From the human T2T-CHM13v2.0 reference genome, Homo sapiens: a DNA stretch of 64,000 nt. The position numbers and the translations under genes were made by a program. The stretch is from NCBI RefSeq assembly GCF_009914755.1, contig NC_060932.1; one strand, given 5' to 3'. Below the pieces are notes generated by a model. It did no database searches. It was not told where the DNA came from and saw only the letters and a list, made by a program, of their open reading frames with translations. Shown here in pieces: positions 58,088 through 64,000 of this stretch. Numbering within the stretch: position 1 is the first letter of the stretch; every line of letters begins with the position of its first letter.

Positions 58088-58261
58088 GAAGTTAAATGAA
58101 GTTCGAAAGAGATTGAATGAGCTAAGAGAATTAGTTCATTATTATGAACAAACGTCAGACATGATGACAGATGCTGTGAATGAAAACAGGAAAGATGAAG
58201 AAACTGAAGAGTCAGAATATGATTCTGAGCATGAAAATTCCGAGCCTGTTACTAACATTCG
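58088..58261 (+). CDS. PCM1: PCM1 coding exon (174 nt)
   Basis: KLNEVRKRLNELRELVHYYEQ...PVTNIR; AG/GTAAGA. Confidence 0.95.
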
Positions 58262-58747
58262 GTAAGAACTTTTCTGGGGATGTTTTTCCAGCATATTCAT
58301 TCTGTCTTGATACTTATAATGTGGGAACAAAAATACTTCGTTGTAGTATTTACTATTTGCCTTTTATTTAAGCTTTCTACTATTTTGGTCAGTGTAATCA
58401 TCTCTGCCCTGTGAAGAAAGATGAATAGGGAAGTATGGAGTACAATAGTTCAGTAAATTTGCCCTTTGTTAGACTGAATTCGAGTAAATCATGAGATGTA
58501 TCTAACTTAGCATTTTGCTGTCTTTTTCTTTTTAGGCGTAATTTTCATTTTTTCAGATGTTTTTCTACTTAAATAGCACATATGCAGAAGTTAATGAAAA
58601 GCAGGAGTCGATTATTCAATTTGAATTTAAATGGAATAGCCAACAATGTGCTTGGTTTGGTGTTATTTTATTAGCAGTTCTAAACTTGGATTTCTTTCTC
58701 TCTTTTTTTGTGCCTTAAATGACTTCAGGCTGTTTTCTTTCTTCTAG

Positions 58748-58905
58748 AAATCCACAAGTAGCTTCCACTTGGAATGAAGTAAATAGTCATAGTAATGCAC
58801 AGTGTGTTTCTAATAATAGAGATGGGCGAACAGTTAATTCTAATTGTGAAATTAACAACAGATCTGCTGCCAACATAAGGGCTCTAAACATGCCTCCTTC
58901 TTTAG
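58748..58905 (+). CDS. PCM1: PCM1 coding exon (158 nt)
   Basis: NPQVASTWNEVNSH...NMPPSL; AG/GTATGA. Confidence 0.95.
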
Positions 58906-59023
58906 GTATGACTGACTGTATTTACATATAATTTTGCTGTGTTATTCTTACAAAGTGGGTTTTCGTTCATGTGTGCTCTTTCCTTTAAAAGTTACTGGTT
59001 TTAATTATACATGTTTTCAGCAG

Positions 59024-59259
59024 ATTGTCGATATAATAGAGAAGGGGAACAGGAGATTCATGTTGCACAAGGTGAAGATGATGAGGAGGAGGAGGAAGAA
59101 GCAGAAGAGGAGGGAGTCAGTGGAGCTTCATTATCTAGTCACAGGAGCAGTCTGGTTGATGAGCATCCAGAAGATGCTGAATTTGAACAGAAGATCAACC
59201 GACTTATGGCTGCAAAACAGAAACTTAGACAGTTACAAGATCTTGTTGCTATGGTACAG
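59024..59259 (+). CDS. PCM1: PCM1 coding exon (236 nt; NAGNAG acceptor, alternative start 59021)
   Basis: CRYNREGEQEIHVAQGEDDEEEEEEAEEEG...LVAMVQ; CAGCAG acceptor. Confidence 0.95.
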
Positions 59260-60151
59260 GTAAATATTGCTTGGTCTTTTAAAAACCTATTTGTCAAATA
59301 GTACAGTCTTAAGTAAAATTTGTGTATGATAATTACTTTGGTTTAATTATACTAATACACATTTATGTATCATATGTGAGGTTTAAATTTTTAGCACTTT
59401 ACATGCTGTATGTCAGAGGTCAGCAACCTTTTTAAATTAAGAGTGAGTTGGTTAGATAGTTGCGGCTTTGTGGCGATATAGTATCTGTCACAATTTCACA
59501 ATGCAAAAGCAGCCATACATAATACATAAATGAGAATGATTATTTGCCAATATAGCTTTATTTTATTATAAACAATATAGCTGTTTTTATTTACAAAAAC
59601 AGAAGAGGTTTTGTTGTTTTTGTTGTTTTGCTGACAACTCTGGCCTTATATTATGTACAACTTGCAGCATCTCAATGAGGTAGACATTAAATAGGTTAAA
59701 GAGATCTTAATTGCCGAAGTTTATATGACTGTCCAATCCAGAATTCAGACTTCCTGATACCAGAGCCTGCGATCTTAACCTACTGTATATAAAAGAAAAA
59801 CCATATGTTATCTTATTCAGTAAGGTTAAAGTTAGAACTATTAATCATAAATTTTAAAAAGCAGTTTATACATATTTTGTATTATAGTTACACAATTAAC
59901 TATAATGTACAATTGTATATTTATACAAATGTAAAAATATACAATTATAGTTACATAACTATTAACACAAAATATGCCTACACTTATAATTGTATAAATA
60001 TGTAATTAACTATAATTGTATTACCGTGTAACTATTAACACATTTATAAAGGTGTTGTGTATATATATATAAAAATCATATAAAATGGTTTTTGTGAGTG
60101 AAAAACCTCAAGTTTTATTAACAGTTTCTTTTGAAATGCTATGTACTTTGA

Positions 60152-60503
<352 letters not shown>

Positions 60504-61499
60504 TAATAAACTCTGTCTTTACCTCCATTAATAATCCTATTCTTCTTCACTGAAGTTGCTAGGCCTTTTCTCTGCAGTTAGGTACATCACTATGCACCTA
60601 TTTTTAAAAAAATACATGACGTTTTGTGGTATGTTTCTTTGTTTTTACAAACTGTATATATAATACACTAAGTATTATTTTATAGCTTTCCTTTTTTCCC
60701 CACTCCACATTGTCTCAGAGAACTTTCATGTCAGTATAGTTCTATATAATTATAAGTAATTAAGAAACACAAATATGATAATTATAAAATATAAATAATA
60801 CTGCATATATATATATACACACAGTACATACAGTTATTTGTAGCTGCAGTACAGTTTTCAGTATATCGATGGACTTTAGTTAATGTATAATAGCATCCAG
60901 TTACTATATACTTGTTTTCAATCTTTCGCTATTTAGAAACAATGCACCAAAGAATATACTTGCACAAGCTTTTGTGCATTTGTGTTTTTTAAGAAGGATT
61001 TGGAGAAGTGGAACTACTATGTCAGTTGGTGTACATTTTAAAGGACACAACTTAATTGGTCTCTAGAGAGCAATTTTCTATATGTATTTCCGTATGTATT
61101 TATATTTCTATATGTATAGAATTTTTGATATGTATTCATATTTTTCTATATGTATTTTTTATATTTTAAGCAGTGGTATGTGAGAGTTCGTTTCTCCACA
61201 CCCTTGATTGTGTTTTATTTTATTGATATACCGTAGCTTGTTTAACCATTACTGGAATTGGCCTTTTCCAAATTTCCCAATTATAAGAAGAGTTATTGAG
61301 GTGAGATAAACATGTATGCAAATACAAACGTGTGTAAACAAATATATATTGAACACGTGTACACATGTATACAAACGTGCTTTCTTTACTGCTTTAATCT
61401 TTTTATGTAAATTTTACAGACTAGTGGTATTTACTAAGGTATGAATTGGATAATGTCTTGAGGTATCAAGATTGTTTTAATGTAATGATGCTCTTTCAG

Positions 61500-61651
61500 G
61501 ATGATGATGCAGCTCAAGGAGTTATCTCTGCCAGTGCATCAAATTTGGATGATTTCTACCCAGCAGAAGAAGACACCAAGCAAAATTCAAATAACACTAG
61601 AGGAAATGCCAATAAAACACAGAAAGATACTGGAGTAAATGAAAAGGCAAG
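61500..61651 (+). CDS. PCM1: PCM1 coding exon (152 nt)
   Basis: DDDAAQGVISASAS...VNEKAR; AG/GTATGT. Confidence 0.95.
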
Positions 61652-61800
61652 GTATGTTAAGCTTTTGGCCTTCATTTAATATAATAAAAATTTAGTGCCT
61701 GTTTTGGAGAAGGTGCTCAGCTAGGTACTGTGTTATGTTGTGCCTAATGCTTCATCACATTTTATTGGAGTCCATAAATATAATGTCAATTTAATTGTAG

Positions 61801-61930
61801 AGAGAAATTTTATGAGGCTAAACTACAGCAGCAACAGAGAGAGCTAAAACAATTGCAGGAAGAAAGAAAGAAACTGATTGACATTCAGGAGAAAATTCAA
61901 GCATTGCAAACGGCATGCCCTGACTTACAG
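61801..61930 (+). CDS. PCM1: PCM1 coding exon (130 nt)
   Basis: EKFYEAKLQQQQRELKQLQEERKKLIDIQEKIQALQTACPDLQ; AG/GTAATT. Confidence 0.95.
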
Positions 61931-61992
61931 GTAATTATGAAATTTATTTCTAATTGTCTGAAAAAAGATGTTTAAAACCTTAGGTCAACTGA

Positions 61993-63096
<1,104 letters not shown>

Positions 63097-63519
63097 TATT
63101 GGCTAGCTTTATCTTCAGTTAGGTTGTGTTTTCAAAGAAAGGAAAACAGGGCAACTGTGTTCATTTTCTAAACCCTTGCCTTTCCTACTGTATCTAATCC
63201 TTTTTCTCTCCTTATCTCCAATCTAAATAATGTCTAGAGAAATATGTTGCAAAGGTGGGTTAAGTATACAAAATTTTCCATTATGTTTTATCCCTGTTGT
63301 TTCTGTTGTTTCTGAGGGCTTGTGTTTGTTAACCTCAGCTTGTGTTTTCATCTTTGTTTTCTTATTTCATGTTATCTTCGGATGATGATGGAAGTCAGGG
63401 TCTGATAGCAGATTAAATATGGCACTAGAGCCTTAGTGCCATATTTAAAGTAACTGCTTTTATGAAATTAATATAATTGCTTTAATTCCTCATAACGTTT
63501 TTTGTGAATTCCTTTTTAG

Positions 63520-63660
63520 CTGTCAGCTGCTAGTGTGGGTAACTGTCCCACCAAAAAATATATGCCAGCTGTTACTTCAACCCCAACTGTTAATCAACAC
63601 GAGACCAGTACAAGCAAATCTGTTTTTGAGCCTGAAGATTCTTCAATAGTAGATAATGAG
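63520..63660 (+). CDS. PCM1: PCM1 coding exon (141 nt); the gene continues beyond the window
   Basis: LSAASVGNCPTKKYMPAVTSTPT...SIVDNE; the 14 non-cassette coding exons sum to 2463 nt = 821 codons in frame. Confidence 0.94.
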
Positions 63661-64000
63661 GTATTGTAAATTGTACTCTCTTGTTCCTGAGTTAGTCTTT
63701 TGTTTTCCTTTTTTTTTCTTCAATAAGGCACATCTCAAGAAAGGAAACTGAATATCCTTGAAACATGTTTGTAAATAGTAGTCTGCTTTGTGCCTTTTTT
63801 AGTAGACACAAAAATGTAATAGATTATAATAATATAAGAAAGATAAAACATTTTAATTTTTAAACTTTAATTGAAAAGTTTTAAATAATTTTTTCTAAAA
63901 AGTAATTATCTTTTAAAAATATCCATGTTCTTTGTTAGTAAATATTTGGCAGAAATATATAGGGGGGTAGTTGCAGCAAATAGTAATCATTTCAGTTAGA

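Overview
Primate, most likely human, genomic DNA. I recognise it as the 8p22 region from the translated exons. The right two-thirds hold the CpG-island promoter and 5' part of PCM1 (pericentriolar material 1, + strand): two non-coding exons, 14 exons that join into an uninterrupted 821-codon frame, and two extra in-frame cassette exons. The gene runs off the right end. About 6 kb upstream of that promoter is a near-complete, minus-strand betaretrovirus-like (HERV-K/HML) provirus at 8701-18114. It has two LTRs, a Lys PBS, a PPT, a 5-bp TSD and defective gag-pro-pol-env. It is inserted in the terminal repeat of a MER58 transposon and carries an AluY in the RT motif. The most notable hidden feature is a complete rec-like splice architecture (major donor, env acceptor, rec donor, last acceptor) encoding a Lys-rich Rec homologue broken by stop codons. 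The rest is Alu, MIR, L1/L2 and DNA-transposon relics, one 159-bp tandem duplication and several perfect hairpins. There are no prokaryote-type systems. Repeat family names and boundaries were assigned by eye and are approximate.
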